DNA of 24,849 nucleotides from positions 1 to 24,849 of the IMG/VR virus record IMGVR_UViG_3300030333_007339; one strand, given 5' to 3'. How positions within the stretch are numbered: position 1 is the stretch's first letter; every line of letters begins with the position of its first letter. A program made the translations under genes and the position numbers. The notes beneath the pieces were generated by a model, which had not been told where the DNA came from, did not search any database, and saw only the letters and a program-made list of their open reading frames with translations. Below, in pieces: positions 1 through 8,340 of this stretch. The stretch is from a virus. Lineage: Duplodnaviria > Caudoviricetes.

Positions 1-96
1 GATATGAAAAAGAAGGTTACTCCCAAAAAGAGTTATGCCCAGATGCTCACAGATATTGCTGCCGAAAGATTCGGTAAAAAAAAAGAAGTGAATTAA
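1..96 (+). CDS. 3' end of a head-region ORF (partial), frame 1: ...DMKKKVTPKKSYAQMLTDIAAERFGKKKEVN*
   Basis: Frame 1 is open from the window edge to TAA at 94-96 and crosses an A9 run at 76-84. The start may lie outside the window. Confidence 0.5.
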   Translation, partial: DMKKKVTPKKSYAQMLTDIAAERFGKKKEVN

Positions 97-293
97 AAGA
101 TAGTGACTTTCTTGATCCCAAAAGGAGGTCTTTTCCCGTTTTATCAGCTAGGGATGTAAAAAATGCTGTAAGTAGTTGGGGGAGATATGAAGGCTCTATG
201 ACTTTTGAGGAATTCAAAAGAAAGCTAATTCAAAGAGCTAAAAAAATAGGGGCTGAAAGCGCCCTTCCTAAAAGCTGGATGGATAAAAAATAA
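78..293 (+). CDS. Start-less -1-frame ORF (71 codons), DUF6582-like small phage domain, probably fused to the upstream ORF
   Basis: Frame 3 reads KKRSELKDSDFLDPKRRSFPVLSARDVKNAVSSWGRYEGSMTFEEFKRKLIQRAKKIGAESALPKSWMDKK*. It is bounded by TAA at 75-77, and its first ATG (198) is mid-domain. Its stop overlaps the protease start (TAATG 291-295). The family resemblance is from memory. Confidence 0.6.
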   Translation, partial: KKRSELKDSDFLDPKRRSFPVLSARDVKNAVSSWGRYEGSMTFEEFKRKLIQRAKKIGAESALPKSWMDKK

Positions 294-1783
294 TGGACTA
301 CAAATACACTACAACCTTTGATTGTCCCTTATTGGCTTGCGAAATTAGTGAGTCCTCATTGATTTCTAAAGCTTCTTTAGAGTCATTAGCTCCTCTTGTC
401 CCTAAAGATATTGATTATGATGGAAACATGGATCTTTTGGGGGTGGCTTTCAATGCGGCAGTGGTTAATAAGTTTAATAAAAATGGGGATGGGATGGATA
501 CTTCCACAGCCCTAAAATATACAAATAATTTCGTTCACAAGCCCACAAACATTGAACACGACAAGCAGAAGGTTGTAGGGCATATTGTTTCTGCTGGTTA
601 TAGTGAGTTTGGAAATAATAGGCTTTTAGCTAGCGATGAGGCTAAACTGACTAAAAAACCTTTTAATATCGCTTTGGGCGCTGTTTTGTATAAAACAGTT
701 AATCCTAACTTTACTCAATTGGTGGAGAAGTCTCTTGATCCTGATGATAAGGCATTTCAAAAAGTATCTGCTAGCTGGGAGGTAGGATTCAATGATTTTG
801 TTTTAGCTGTGGGTAGTGATGTTCTAAGTGAAGCTAAAATTATCAGTGATCCTGATCAAATAATGGAGTTACAAGGATACCTTAGAAGCTATGGGGGATC
901 TGGAAAAACAGAAGATGGGGAGAACATTTATCGTTTAATTCAAGGTAATATATACCCGTTGGGCATAGCTTATACTTTAAACCCAGCAGCAGAAGTTAAA
1001 GGTCTGTATGGAGAAACCCCAGAAAAGAGCAAAGTTTTTATAAATGATAAACGGGATAAAATTTCACAAAATAATAATTTAAATGTAAACAACCAAAAGA
1101 ACATCATTGATATGGAACTTGAACAGACTCTTAACGAACTAAAGGATCTTCTTAATGAGAAGAAATTCTCAAAAGAAGCAGTCGCTTCAATGACCGATAC
1201 TTTTGCAGATGCTATTCGCCAACGCGATGAGCAATATCGCAAAGATATTGAGGCAGAGCGATTAGCTAAAGAAGGTAAAACAAAGGAATACGAAGATCTT
1301 AAATCTTCTGTAGCTGAACTTGAAGAAAAGCTTGGTGCTGCCAATGAGCGCATTTCTCACTTTGAAAATGAGAAGCGAGCCGATGAAGCCGTAGCTTCTT
1401 TCAATCAGCGTATGGAAGAAGTTGATCAAAAGTTTGAACTTGACGATCAGGATCGTGAATTCCTTGCATCCGAGCTTAAGAGTCTTGAGGATCAGGAGGC
1501 TTATGAGGCATTTGCTTCTAAACTTGAGGTTCTGTGGAAACACAAGAACAAAGAGGTTCAAGCCGAGTTTGATGCTCAAATCCAAGCCCGCATTGATGAA
1601 GAGGTCGCCAAAAGAGTTTCCAATGCTTCTACTGAGGAGGTAGATGTAGAGGAAGCCTTGGATGCCGCTGAAACGACAGACGCTCCCGTAGCAAACTCTA
1701 ATGAGGCGATTGCTTCAGAGGAGCCTAGCTTGCGTGAGAAGTTTCAGGCTGCATTTTCTCGCGACAACATTGAAATTTCTTAA
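293..1783 (+). CDS. Prohead maturation protease fused to a C-terminal scaffold
   Basis: N-terminal ~240 aa carry NKNGDG, KPTNIEHD..VVGHI, SASWEV and LNPA motifs typical of phage prohead serine proteases. The C-terminal half is acidic coiled coil. It lies just upstream of the decoration and capsid genes. Confidence 0.8.
   Translation: MDYKYTTTFDCPLLACEISESSLISKASLESLAPLVPKDIDYDGNMDLLGVAFNAAVVNKFNKNGDGMDTSTALKYTNNFVHKPTNIEHDKQKVVGHIVSAGYSEFGNNRLLASDEAKLTKKPFNIALGAVLYKTVNPNFTQLVEKSLDPDDKAFQKVSASWEVGFNDFVLAVGSDVLSEAKIISDPDQIMELQGYLRSYGGSGKTEDGENIYRLIQGNIYPLGIAYTLNPAAEVKGLYGETPEKSKVFINDKRDKISQNNNLNVNNQKNIIDMELEQTLNELKDLLNEKKFSKEAVASMTDTFADAIRQRDEQYRKDIEAERLAKEGKTKEYEDLKSSVAELEEKLGAANERISHFENEKRADEAVASFNQRMEEVDQKFELDDQDREFLASELKSLEDQEAYEAFASKLEVLWKHKNKEVQAEFDAQIQARIDEEVAKRVSNASTEEVDVEEALDAAETTDAPVANSNEAIASEEPSLREKFQAAFSRDNIEIS
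1081..1093 (+). promoter_or_regulatory. Internal putative late promoter AAATGTAAACAAC
   Basis: The identical 13-mer lies upstream of the tail tube gene (minus strand, 6069-6081). TGTAAA-to-ATG distance is 28 nt here and 27 nt there. Confidence 0.65.
1112..1783 (+). CDS. Nested in-frame scaffolding protein (MELEQTLNELK..., 223 aa)
   Basis: In-frame ATG at 1112 follows an Asn-rich linker that encodes the promoter-like motif. The product is an acidic coiled coil ending SLREKFQAAFSRDNIEIS. Analogous to lambda C/Nu3. Confidence 0.65.
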   Translation: MELEQTLNELKDLLNEKKFSKEAVASMTDTFADAIRQRDEQYRKDIEAERLAKEGKTKEYEDLKSSVAELEEKLGAANERISHFENEKRADEAVASFNQRMEEVDQKFELDDQDREFLASELKSLEDQEAYEAFASKLEVLWKHKNKEVQAEFDAQIQARIDEEVAKRVSNASTEEVDVEEALDAAETTDAPVANSNEAIASEEPSLREKFQAAFSRDNIEIS

Positions 1784-1795
1784 CAAACTAAAATT

Positions 1796-2428
1796 ATGGC
1801 ATTACGAATTCTACCCTTCAGACAATATTCTGATCACGATGTCGTGAACCTCTACGCCGTTTTGGAAGTAGACGTTCTCGATAGCACAACTGGAACAGGC
1901 GCTGGCGATGCTGGCGTATTTGTAAAGGTGGCGGAAGGTAACTTTGATGCAGATCCTGTTGAATACCAGAACAGGGGTTACTTGGGTAACACCGACTATC
2001 CCTTTATTGGAACCAACAAGATGTATCCAGAAGTTAACCTTAAAATTACGGGTTCTAGCTCTGGAGAGGTTCCTCTTGGACTTACTCTTTTCCAGACTGC
2101 GAAGAACGACGAAAACGGAGAAAAGCTTCTCTACAACCCACAAAAAGCCGAAGAGCTTCAAGCGATGCTTCCAGGCCAAGCAGTCCCTGTTCTCACTAAA
2201 GGGGTTGTAACGTTGGCTGCTGAAGCTTTTGACGGGAATACTACTTCCTATGCCCCAGGAACAGCTATTATTACTTCCAACAACAATGATGGAAAGATTA
2301 CTGGCGCTGCGAGGGGAGACGCGAAAGCCTTCGGACACGTTCTTGGAACTGGACACCGTTCAAATGTCGGAATCACTACAGATCAGTTCTCTGGTGATTA
2401 TATCGTTGTATCTTTTGACTGCAACTAA
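1796..2428 (+). CDS. Putative capsid decoration/cement protein
   Basis: 210-aa Gly/Thr-rich, beta-type protein between the scaffold and capsid genes (position of lambda gpD-type genes). Confidence 0.6.
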   Translation: MALRILPFRQYSDHDVVNLYAVLEVDVLDSTTGTGAGDAGVFVKVAEGNFDADPVEYQNRGYLGNTDYPFIGTNKMYPEVNLKITGSSSGEVPLGLTLFQTAKNDENGEKLLYNPQKAEELQAMLPGQAVPVLTKGVVTLAAEAFDGNTTSYAPGTAIITSNNNDGKITGAARGDAKAFGHVLGTGHRSNVGITTDQFSGDYIVVSFDCN

Positions 2429-2449
2429 TTTAAGAAAGGATTTTATATT

Positions 2450-3598
2450 ATGAAAATTACTTTAAAAAGAACCCCAGAACAAGTCGAGCTTGTAAAAGCT
2501 ATGGCTTCACGCAACCGTAACGTTGCATATGAGGCTCAGGTTGCACTTGCTGAGTTCATCGGTCCAGTTTTGGCCGAAGTTCTCAATAACGCTCCTACAG
2601 TGAGCAATCTGTTCCAATCACTTCAATTTGATGCTGATGATAATCCAAGCATCCCTCTTGATCTCTACTACAACATCGCTGACGAAGATTACGTCAAGGT
2701 ATGGAGTCAGAGTCATGCAGGTGGTCTTCCCAGTAACCAAGTGCTGCCTACCGCTTCTGAATTGAAGCTGGCTACTTACAGCCTTGACTCTGCGGTTGAT
2801 TTTGATCGCCGTTATGCTGCCAAGAGCCGCATGGACGTTGTTGGCAAAACTTTTACTCGCGTTGCACAAGAAATTCTTCTTAAGCAGGAGCGCACTTCCG
2901 CTACTCTGCTTATGACATCTCTTGCTAACGCAACTATTAAGAGTTCACCAAACTACCTCAATCAGCAAGTTCAGTGGAACGCAACTGCGGAACAGTTTTT
3001 GATGGATGACATCAACAACCTGTTCACTCTGGCCAAGAGGATCAACAGTTCATGGATTGCAGGAACTCCTGAAAATCGCACTCGCGGAATTACGGATATT
3101 ATCTGCTCTCCAGAAATTGTTGGAAAGATCCGCTCCATGGCTTATAACCCTGTAGCTGTTGTTGGAGGCAATCACTCTAAGAATATTGCTGCTCCAGAAT
3201 CTGTCAGAGAGCAACTCTTTAGGGGTGCTGGTGAAAACAACTTTATGGGCCTTAACATCTTGGAATATAACGAGATGGGCGTGAACCAGAAGTTCAACAC
3301 TATCTTTGGCACTGCTGCTGGCGCAACTCAGTATGACACCTTCGGAACCTCTGGAGGCGGAAGCAAGGCTGCATTTGTTGGAACTACTGACGAAATCGTA
3401 GTTGGTGTTGATCGCACTCGCGACTCACTTATCCGTGCTGTTGCAACGGATTCAGAGAGTGGAAGTGAGATGCGTCTCATCGCTGACGATCAGTATAGCA
3501 TCCGTCAGAACAAGATCGGCTACTTCGGTTCTATCGAAGAAGGTCGCGTAGTTCTCGACAACAGAGTGCTGTGCGGAACCATCGTTGGTCCTGCATAG
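2450..3598 (+). CDS. Major capsid protein (probably HK97 fold)
   Basis: 382 aa in canonical head-gene order, with SD-like AAAGGA at 2435-2440. It has a DIICSPE strand and a C-terminal GYFGSIEEGRVVLD motif, and a strong terminator follows. Confidence 0.85.
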   Translation: MKITLKRTPEQVELVKAMASRNRNVAYEAQVALAEFIGPVLAEVLNNAPTVSNLFQSLQFDADDNPSIPLDLYYNIADEDYVKVWSQSHAGGLPSNQVLPTASELKLATYSLDSAVDFDRRYAAKSRMDVVGKTFTRVAQEILLKQERTSATLLMTSLANATIKSSPNYLNQQVQWNATAEQFLMDDINNLFTLAKRINSSWIAGTPENRTRGITDIICSPEIVGKIRSMAYNPVAVVGGNHSKNIAAPESVREQLFRGAGENNFMGLNILEYNEMGVNQKFNTIFGTAAGATQYDTFGTSGGGSKAAFVGTTDEIVVGVDRTRDSLIRAVATDSESGSEMRLIADDQYSIRQNKIGYFGSIEEGRVVLDNRVLCGTIVGPA

Positions 3599-3613
3599 AC
3601 CTAGTTAATCACG

Positions 3614-3649
3614 AAAAAGCCGTCCCTTTCGGGGGGCGGCTTTTTTTTT
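3614..3649 (+). terminator. Rho-independent terminator (possibly bidirectional)
   Basis: Stem GCCGTCCCT/GGGGGCGGC (3619-3640, two G:U pairs) with a TTCG loop, followed by T9 and preceded by A5. Confidence 0.9.
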
Positions 3650-3676
3650 GTAATTTATTAACTCGGTGTATATAAT
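3648..3676 (+). promoter_or_regulatory. Promoter for 3682 gene: TTGTAA-N17-TATAAT and/or GTGTATA late-type motif
   Basis: TTGTAA 3648-3653, GTGTATA 3666-3672, TATAAT 3671-3676. The ATG lies 5 nt after the -10 box, so the mRNA would be leaderless. Confidence 0.5.
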
Positions 3677-3681
3677 AATGT

Positions 3682-4131
3682 ATGGCTAAGAAAAAAACAG
3701 CTAAAAAGAAACAAGCCCCATTTAAAGAGGTAACTACGGGGCAAGAGCAACCTGCGAAACGTGGAATTCTGGAAGAGTTGGAAGATCTCAGGGCTAAAGG
3801 AGAAACCAGCACTGCTCGTTATAAAGAGCTATTTAAAGAGGTGGAAGTTATTTTTGGAACAGGAGAAACTAATTCTTTTGGCACTAATGATTTAGATACT
3901 CTCAAGGAAAGACTTAACAAAATGAGCAAGGCTGACCTTCAGGGGTTCTCAAAAAAAGTTGGGGTAAATCCTTATTATGACAAAAACGTTGTAATTGATA
4001 ATATTATTAAAGAATTTAATCGTTATCAGAGCAGGGGTAATATCTTTACTGCCCCACAACCTGTTCCAGCCATTGAGTTAGATCCTAATAACCCAGAACA
4101 TAAAGATCTTCTAGATTGGTTAAATAGCTAA
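3682..4131 (+). CDS. Hypothetical protein with basic N-terminus and Rho-N/HeH-like helical motif
   Basis: MAKKKTAKKK N-terminus; LNKMSKADLQGFSKKVGV resembles Rho N-terminal-like motifs often found after capsid genes. Confidence 0.55.
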   Translation: MAKKKTAKKKQAPFKEVTTGQEQPAKRGILEELEDLRAKGETSTARYKELFKEVEVIFGTGETNSFGTNDLDTLKERLNKMSKADLQGFSKKVGVNPYYDKNVVIDNIIKEFNRYQSRGNIFTAPQPVPAIELDPNNPEHKDLLDWLNS

Positions 4132-4150
4132 ATAGTGTGTAATACACTAT
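4132..4150 (+). promoter_or_regulatory. Hairpin ATAGTGT-GTAAT-ACACTAT with the GTGTAAT motif at its apex
   Basis: Perfect 7-bp inverted repeat filling the intergenic gap and abutting ATG 4151. Confidence 0.65.
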
Positions 4151-4636
4151 ATGCCCAACGTATTAGAAGACCTTGCCTCAGGGATTGTAGTCACTGAGTT
4201 TGATAGCGATACAGGAATTGCCACCGTAGCCAATGTAAGCGGATGGCTGTATGAAAATCTAGGACAAGTCAATACTTACCTATACACAGATTTCAGTGGC
4301 TCAAATGCCAGTGGAATGTATGGAGTAATGGATACGGAGGCGCAAAACGTTCTCAAGGAGTTATATCTTTCTAATTACTACAATAAGCAAGCGAGGAATG
4401 CCCTCAGAGGCATCGTAGACTCAAGTGTGAGTGGAGACAACGTTTTGTCTCTAAGGGACGGAGAAAGCTCTGTGACGTTCATTAATCGCAATGAGGTGTC
4501 AAAGGTCTATAAAGGCATGGCAAGCGATTGTATGGAGAAGGTGACGCGAATGGCGGCACAATACAACATATATCAAGCTCAGCCCAGACAACTGGGAGGA
4601 ATAGATGCGAGCGGAATGGGAGTAGTATACCGTTAA
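4151..4636 (+). CDS. Putative head-tail adaptor/connector protein
   Basis: 161 aa, mostly helical with a beta-hairpin (VLSLRDGESSVTF) like SPP1 gp15/HK97 gp6-type adaptors. Located after the capsid gene. Confidence 0.55.
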   Translation: MPNVLEDLASGIVVTEFDSDTGIATVANVSGWLYENLGQVNTYLYTDFSGSNASGMYGVMDTEAQNVLKELYLSNYYNKQARNALRGIVDSSVSGDNVLSLRDGESSVTFINRNEVSKVYKGMASDCMEKVTRMAAQYNIYQAQPRQLGGIDASGMGVVYR

Positions 4637-4639
4637 GGA

Positions 4640-4876
4640 CTACTCGTCCTCTTCGGAGAAAAAGTCTTTCCAGTCGTGACCGTCATTTAAAACCCTTTCT
4701 TTTGCTCTTCCATTGTAGCCTTTTGGCCACTTAGGGTTTCTCCCCTCATTAGAGGGGGCAGGGTTAGTCTTCTTTTCGACCTTCTTATTTTTTACTACCT
4801 TCTTCTTTTTTTCTACAGGCGCAGGAGAAATCTCTTCTACGTCTTCGTCGCCAAGGGAGTCTTCTCTATAATTCAT
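4640..4876 (-). CDS. Small charged hypothetical protein
   Basis: 78-aa ORF starting 5 nt after the tail tube stop, filling the gap to the convergent adaptor gene. Acidic and Lys-rich blocks. Confidence 0.6.
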   Translation of the reverse strand: MNYREDSLGDEDVEEISPAPVEKKKKVVKNKKVEKKTNPAPSNEGRNPKWPKGYNGRAKERVLNDGHDWKDFFSEEDE

Positions 4877-4881
4877 TTATC

Positions 4882-6051
4882 TTAAGCTTGGAAGATCTTG
4901 TTGCCATTGAATCCGCTCATGAAGAGGCCAGCGGTCTGGTCCTCTGGTCCACCAACTTGCGCGGAGAAGGTTAAATCGACTGACTTGTTAGCTCCGATGC
5001 TTGAAGAGAAAGATTCGCTGTCAAGCTTAGCTTCCTTAAGGTGGTATCGAATAGCGGTGTTGCCACCAGAGTCCTTCATGCTAATTGTTATGGTTTGAGC
5101 ACCAGATTCCAGAACGTCTGCAAGGTTGTTATGCTCCGTATCATTTAGGATAGCACTGGCGGAAAGGCTAACGTTTACAGGGAAATCAACAGACCGAGCA
5201 AACGGGAACTTACTTCCAAGTCTTTGAATTGGAGTTCTCGATAAAGGAAGAGAAAGTGATACACTTTGAACGTGATTTGCGCCATCCCCATTTAACTGCG
5301 CCATTGTTTCCCCTGAAACATTAGAGAAATCTAGGGTAATATCTCCTGGGCGCAATGCGTTAACAACTGCGATATCTTTCGGTGCTCCCCCTGGAGTTTG
5401 CGTTGGGTTTGGAAGGGCAACAATCGTTCCCTTTGCTCCGACAAGAGGCTGGCCATCTTCCTGATTAATTGCGGGACTGGCAAAATTAGTTCCACTTGTG
5501 TTGGAGTTCATGTTTGCCCCCTCCATAGTAACCGAAACTGTAGGAAGTGCTCCTACAGAAAGGTCTACAGAGTAATCGGAAATGTAACAGTTACCAACGC
5601 CAATAATGGTGTCGGAAGCATCTAAAGCTTCGGCTGGATCTTTATTAAGATCAACTCCATCAGGAGAAGTAACGATAAAAACGTTAACTCCAGAGTGAGC
5701 TACCATATGACCAGAGGCAAAGTTACCTTCTGCATTTGCGGCTTGGGTGGGAACGCCTACGAGAGAGTTTGCGGTTCCACTCTGCTGAACAAAGAAACCC
5801 AAGATTCTTTCATTGTAACTATCAGTAAGTAGATAACTAAAATCAACATTAACAGTAGGCGGATCTAAAACCAGAGAGTCAAGCCTTGCAAGCTCTCCGT
5901 ATTGGTTAACGTCTTGTCTGTTAATTGTGTAGCTATAGTTAGCACTTTGGACACGCTCTAATTGTTCGTGATCTGCTGCTGTTGTGTTGGCAGCGTTTTT
6001 ACTAACATATAGACCCTCTGATTGGTAAATTACTCTGTTTCTATTGGCCAT
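4882..6051 (-). CDS. Major tail tube protein (internally duplicated)
   Basis: 389-aa beta-rich protein downstream of neck genes, with its own promoter motif. Repeated units VQSANYSYTINRQDVNQYG and VQSVSLSLPLSRTPIQRLG. Confidence 0.75.
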   Translation of the reverse strand: MANRNRVIYQSEGLYVSKNAANTTAADHEQLERVQSANYSYTINRQDVNQYGELARLDSLVLDPPTVNVDFSYLLTDSYNERILGFFVQQSGTANSLVGVPTQAANAEGNFASGHMVAHSGVNVFIVTSPDGVDLNKDPAEALDASDTIIGVGNCYISDYSVDLSVGALPTVSVTMEGANMNSNTSGTNFASPAINQEDGQPLVGAKGTIVALPNPTQTPGGAPKDIAVVNALRPGDITLDFSNVSGETMAQLNGDGANHVQSVSLSLPLSRTPIQRLGSKFPFARSVDFPVNVSLSASAILNDTEHNNLADVLESGAQTITISMKDSGGNTAIRYHLKEAKLDSESFSSSIGANKSVDLTFSAQVGGPEDQTAGLFMSGFNGNKIFQA

Positions 6052-6068
6052 GATAAAAGATTCTTTCT

Positions 6069-6081
6069 GTTGTTTACATTT
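6069..6081 (-). promoter_or_regulatory. Putative late promoter AAATGTAAACAAC upstream of the tail tube gene
   Basis: Plus strand GTTGTTTACATTT is the reverse complement of the motif at 1081-1093. Confidence 0.65.
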
Positions 6082-6100
6082 TTAATACGAAAATATGAAA

Positions 6101-6949
6101 TTAAGAGAAGCGATATCTGTGTTGTTGTATGTCAAAATCAATAAATCCTACATATAATTCATTCGCTAAAACGTTCTTCGTTCTATCGCTCAACTTTGAA
6201 CACCTAACTTTATCCACAAAAAACTTTGTTTCTCGCTCATAATCTGCTTCTACGCCTGTGTAATTAAAATTATTTCCTTTTAAATCCCCAAGCTCAGTGA
6301 TTGGATATCCACTCATGGGAATAGAGGTAATAACTTCGTTAACGGAGTCCATAAATATAGACATTACTCCATCCAATTGGTAGGTGTCCTCTGCCATTAT
6401 TACGGCTTTTGCTTGAATGCAGGTGTCTTGCATTCCGCCAAAAGCGAAAGGTTTGTTTTCTACGTCTGCGATAGACAGAAAAACTGCGGGAACTACATCA
6501 TCATAAGGCTCAATGTAGGTTAATGGACCAGATGGTAGCCTTGAATTAAGGGTATATTTGTTTTCTACAATTAAGTCATCTTCTGTATCATTAGTTAGAT
6601 AAACACTAAAATCTTTAACTGCGAACTCTCCTGTGACGGTTGATCCAGTCACCGAACCCGAAACAAGTGCTCTTCCATTGGCGAAGTCCAAAACAACACC
6701 ATCGTTTCTACCCGAAAAGCTATTATCAATAAAAACTCCTGTAGGAATTGTGGCTCCAGTGATAGAGGAGTCAGTTACCCATTGTTTATATGGGCTTCCG
6801 TAAGCTTTATAAGTTGAATCTAGGCGAGGATCATCGTAGTAGAAGAATTCACCCGTGCTATTTGTATACGCCTCCCCTTTTTCCAGTAAGAAGTTGTCAA
6901 ACCAGAGGAAAAAAGAAGTAGTTAACTTATGTTGGAATTGTTCAATCAT
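6101..6949 (-). CDS. Putative tail terminator/completion protein with an extra N-terminal beta domain
   Basis: 282 aa directly upstream of the tube gene. The C-terminal half (VPAVFLS...FAFGG...YVGFIDFDI) fits a gpU/gp17-like pattern. The call is mainly by synteny. Confidence 0.5.
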   Translation of the reverse strand: MIEQFQHKLTTSFFLWFDNFLLEKGEAYTNSTGEFFYYDDPRLDSTYKAYGSPYKQWVTDSSITGATIPTGVFIDNSFSGRNDGVVLDFANGRALVSGSVTGSTVTGEFAVKDFSVYLTNDTEDDLIVENKYTLNSRLPSGPLTYIEPYDDVVPAVFLSIADVENKPFAFGGMQDTCIQAKAVIMAEDTYQLDGVMSIFMDSVNEVITSIPMSGYPITELGDLKGNNFNYTGVEADYERETKFFVDKVRCSKLSDRTKNVLANELYVGFIDFDIQQHRYRFS

Positions 6950-7527
6950 TTAAGATCCTTGAATCGTTGTCTATATTTTTTTAGCAAACTAGAGATGTAT
7001 GGGCTGTTTCTAAACTTGCCGTTTCTCACCTTTCTTACACGACTTTGAACTGCCGCACCCGATCTACCCTTGTTTTTTCTCAATAAATAGCCCAAACCAG
7101 AGAGTCCTCTTTCAATTCCCTCTGCCCAACTTCTCCCTGTGGCCCACGGAAGGGGGGTTACAGCAAAGATATCTTCTGCGGTTGGAAGGTTGACCTTGAA
7201 CATTACTCCAGGTTTTCCCCTTTTTATCTCTCTGTTATACTGCATATTTATATTTTCAAGGATAAGCAATATTGGAGCTATTGGGTCTTCCCCTTCGTTA
7301 AATCCAATAAAAGCAAAAAGATTACTCACCCCGCCTAATGTTCCACTGATATTGACTCCTGAAGGGCCAGCCATAATCTCCTGAGTAATTGGATTATCCA
7401 AGAACTCCCTTATCATTTCTTCCTTAATCTTTTTAAATTTTTCTCTAGCTTGAGCCTCTATATCCTTTCTTTTTAATTTTGGGACTTGGCGCAAAAGAGC
7501 GTTTTTAACATCTAGTGGAAGAGCCAT
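6946..7527 (-). CDS. Putative neck/tail completion protein (HK97 gp10-like)
   Basis: Basic 193-aa protein between closure-like and terminator-like genes, with WAEGIERG and a C-terminal PYISSLL motif. Overlaps both neighbours (TAATG, ATGA). Confidence 0.5.
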   Translation of the reverse strand: MALPLDVKNALLRQVPKLKRKDIEAQAREKFKKIKEEMIREFLDNPITQEIMAGPSGVNISGTLGGVSNLFAFIGFNEGEDPIAPILLILENINMQYNREIKRGKPGVMFKVNLPTAEDIFAVTPLPWATGRSWAEGIERGLSGLGYLLRKNKGRSGAAVQSRVRKVRNGKFRNSPYISSLLKKYRQRFKDLK

Positions 7528-7997
7528 TAGGAATCTACGGGGCTTAGGACGAAGGTGTAAAATTGGTTTGAAGTAAAACCTCTAGGTTTACCATCGCTCT
7601 CGATAATAAATTTTGTGCCGTCAAATTCGACTCTGCGAGCTTCACTGAGGTAGTCATAAGCATCTTGTTTTACTACAATTCTGACTGTGCCATCGGGAAC
7701 TACAACTTTGTTTTGTGTTCCTGCTTGTTCGCTTGGGCCATCTTCGGTAAAATATTCAGTATCCATGTCATCATAATAGATTCTAGCCTCAAAGGTTGAA
7801 GATACCGTGGTGTATTCTACAGAACTATTAGAGCCAGTATTGGTTCGCCCATACAGCGAATTCCAAGAATTTGTGGAGGCTATCAGCGTCTTCTTCGCAT
7901 TCTTATAAACGGTGATAGTCCTAGCAAAAGTAGTATGCAAAGTCCCCATTAAGGTCTGGACTTTGTTTATTTGATCTTGTGATAAAAACCCTGCCAT
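7527..7997 (-). CDS. Putative head closure/stopper protein (SPP1 gp16-like)
   Basis: 156-aa beta-rich protein with RTITVYK, TFEARIYY, RVEFDGTKFII and YTFVL segments. First gene of the neck block. Confidence 0.6.
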   Translation of the reverse strand: MAGFLSQDQINKVQTLMGTLHTTFARTITVYKNAKKTLIASTNSWNSLYGRTNTGSNSSVEYTTVSSTFEARIYYDDMDTEYFTEDGPSEQAGTQNKVVVPDGTVRIVVKQDAYDYLSEARRVEFDGTKFIIESDGKPRGFTSNQFYTFVLSPVDS

Positions 7998-7998
7998 A

Positions 7999-8026
7999 TT
8001 GATTTTTACACTTTTAATTATATAAT
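7999..8026. promoter_or_regulatory. Overlapping divergent promoters: GTGTAAAA (minus, 8011-8004) and TTGATT-N16-TATAAT (plus)
   Basis: The 45-bp gap between divergent starts (7997 and 8043) contains both motifs. Confidence 0.5.
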
Positions 8027-8042
8027 AAGATAGGATTAAGGC

Positions 8043-8336
8043 ATGGACGCGAAAAAAAATTTAAGCAAAAGCTCAAACGACGAGATTTCTAGGCTTTTTA
8101 AAATGATGCTCATGATGGTGGAGGACATGAAAAAGGATCATGATTTTCACTACGACAAGCTATATGAGCATATTCCACCTAATTACCATCCCGTTATTGA
8201 TACAGCTAACCACTTTACCCCAGAAAAAGTAAATTGGATTAGAAAAAGAATTTTAGATATTGGAAATGAATCTATTAGAAATTTCGATTCGTCTCTCAAT
8301 AATTACACAGTAAGTTTTATTTTTAAAAAGGATTAA
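8043..8336 (+). CDS. Hypothetical protein (97 aa)
   Basis: Clean ORF at the head of the rightward chaperone/TMP operon. Confidence 0.7.
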   Translation: MDAKKNLSKSSNDEISRLFKMMLMMVEDMKKDHDFHYDKLYEHIPPNYHPVIDTANHFTPEKVNWIRKRILDIGNESIRNFDSSLNNYTVSFIFKKD

Positions 8337-8340
8337 GGTT

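Noticed and set aside
3-77. Frame 3 upstream of the A9 run as the true coding frame, with TAA readthrough
   Set aside because: The translation (YEKEGYSQKELCPDAHRYCCRKIR) looks less protein-like than frame 1, and TAA is used as a normal stop throughout the window.
970-2869. Antisense and alternate-frame ORFs over head genes (970..1353, 1262..1585, 1422..1643, 1811..2356, 1944..2210, 2229..2453, 2618..2869)
   Set aside because: Shadows of strongly coding genes with Ser/Leu/Phe-biased, non-protein-like composition and no expression signals.
4741-4758. Hairpin CCCCTC-ATTA-GAGGGG inside the 4640..4876 ORF as a terminator
   Set aside because: No adjacent U-tract on either strand, and it lies within a coding region.
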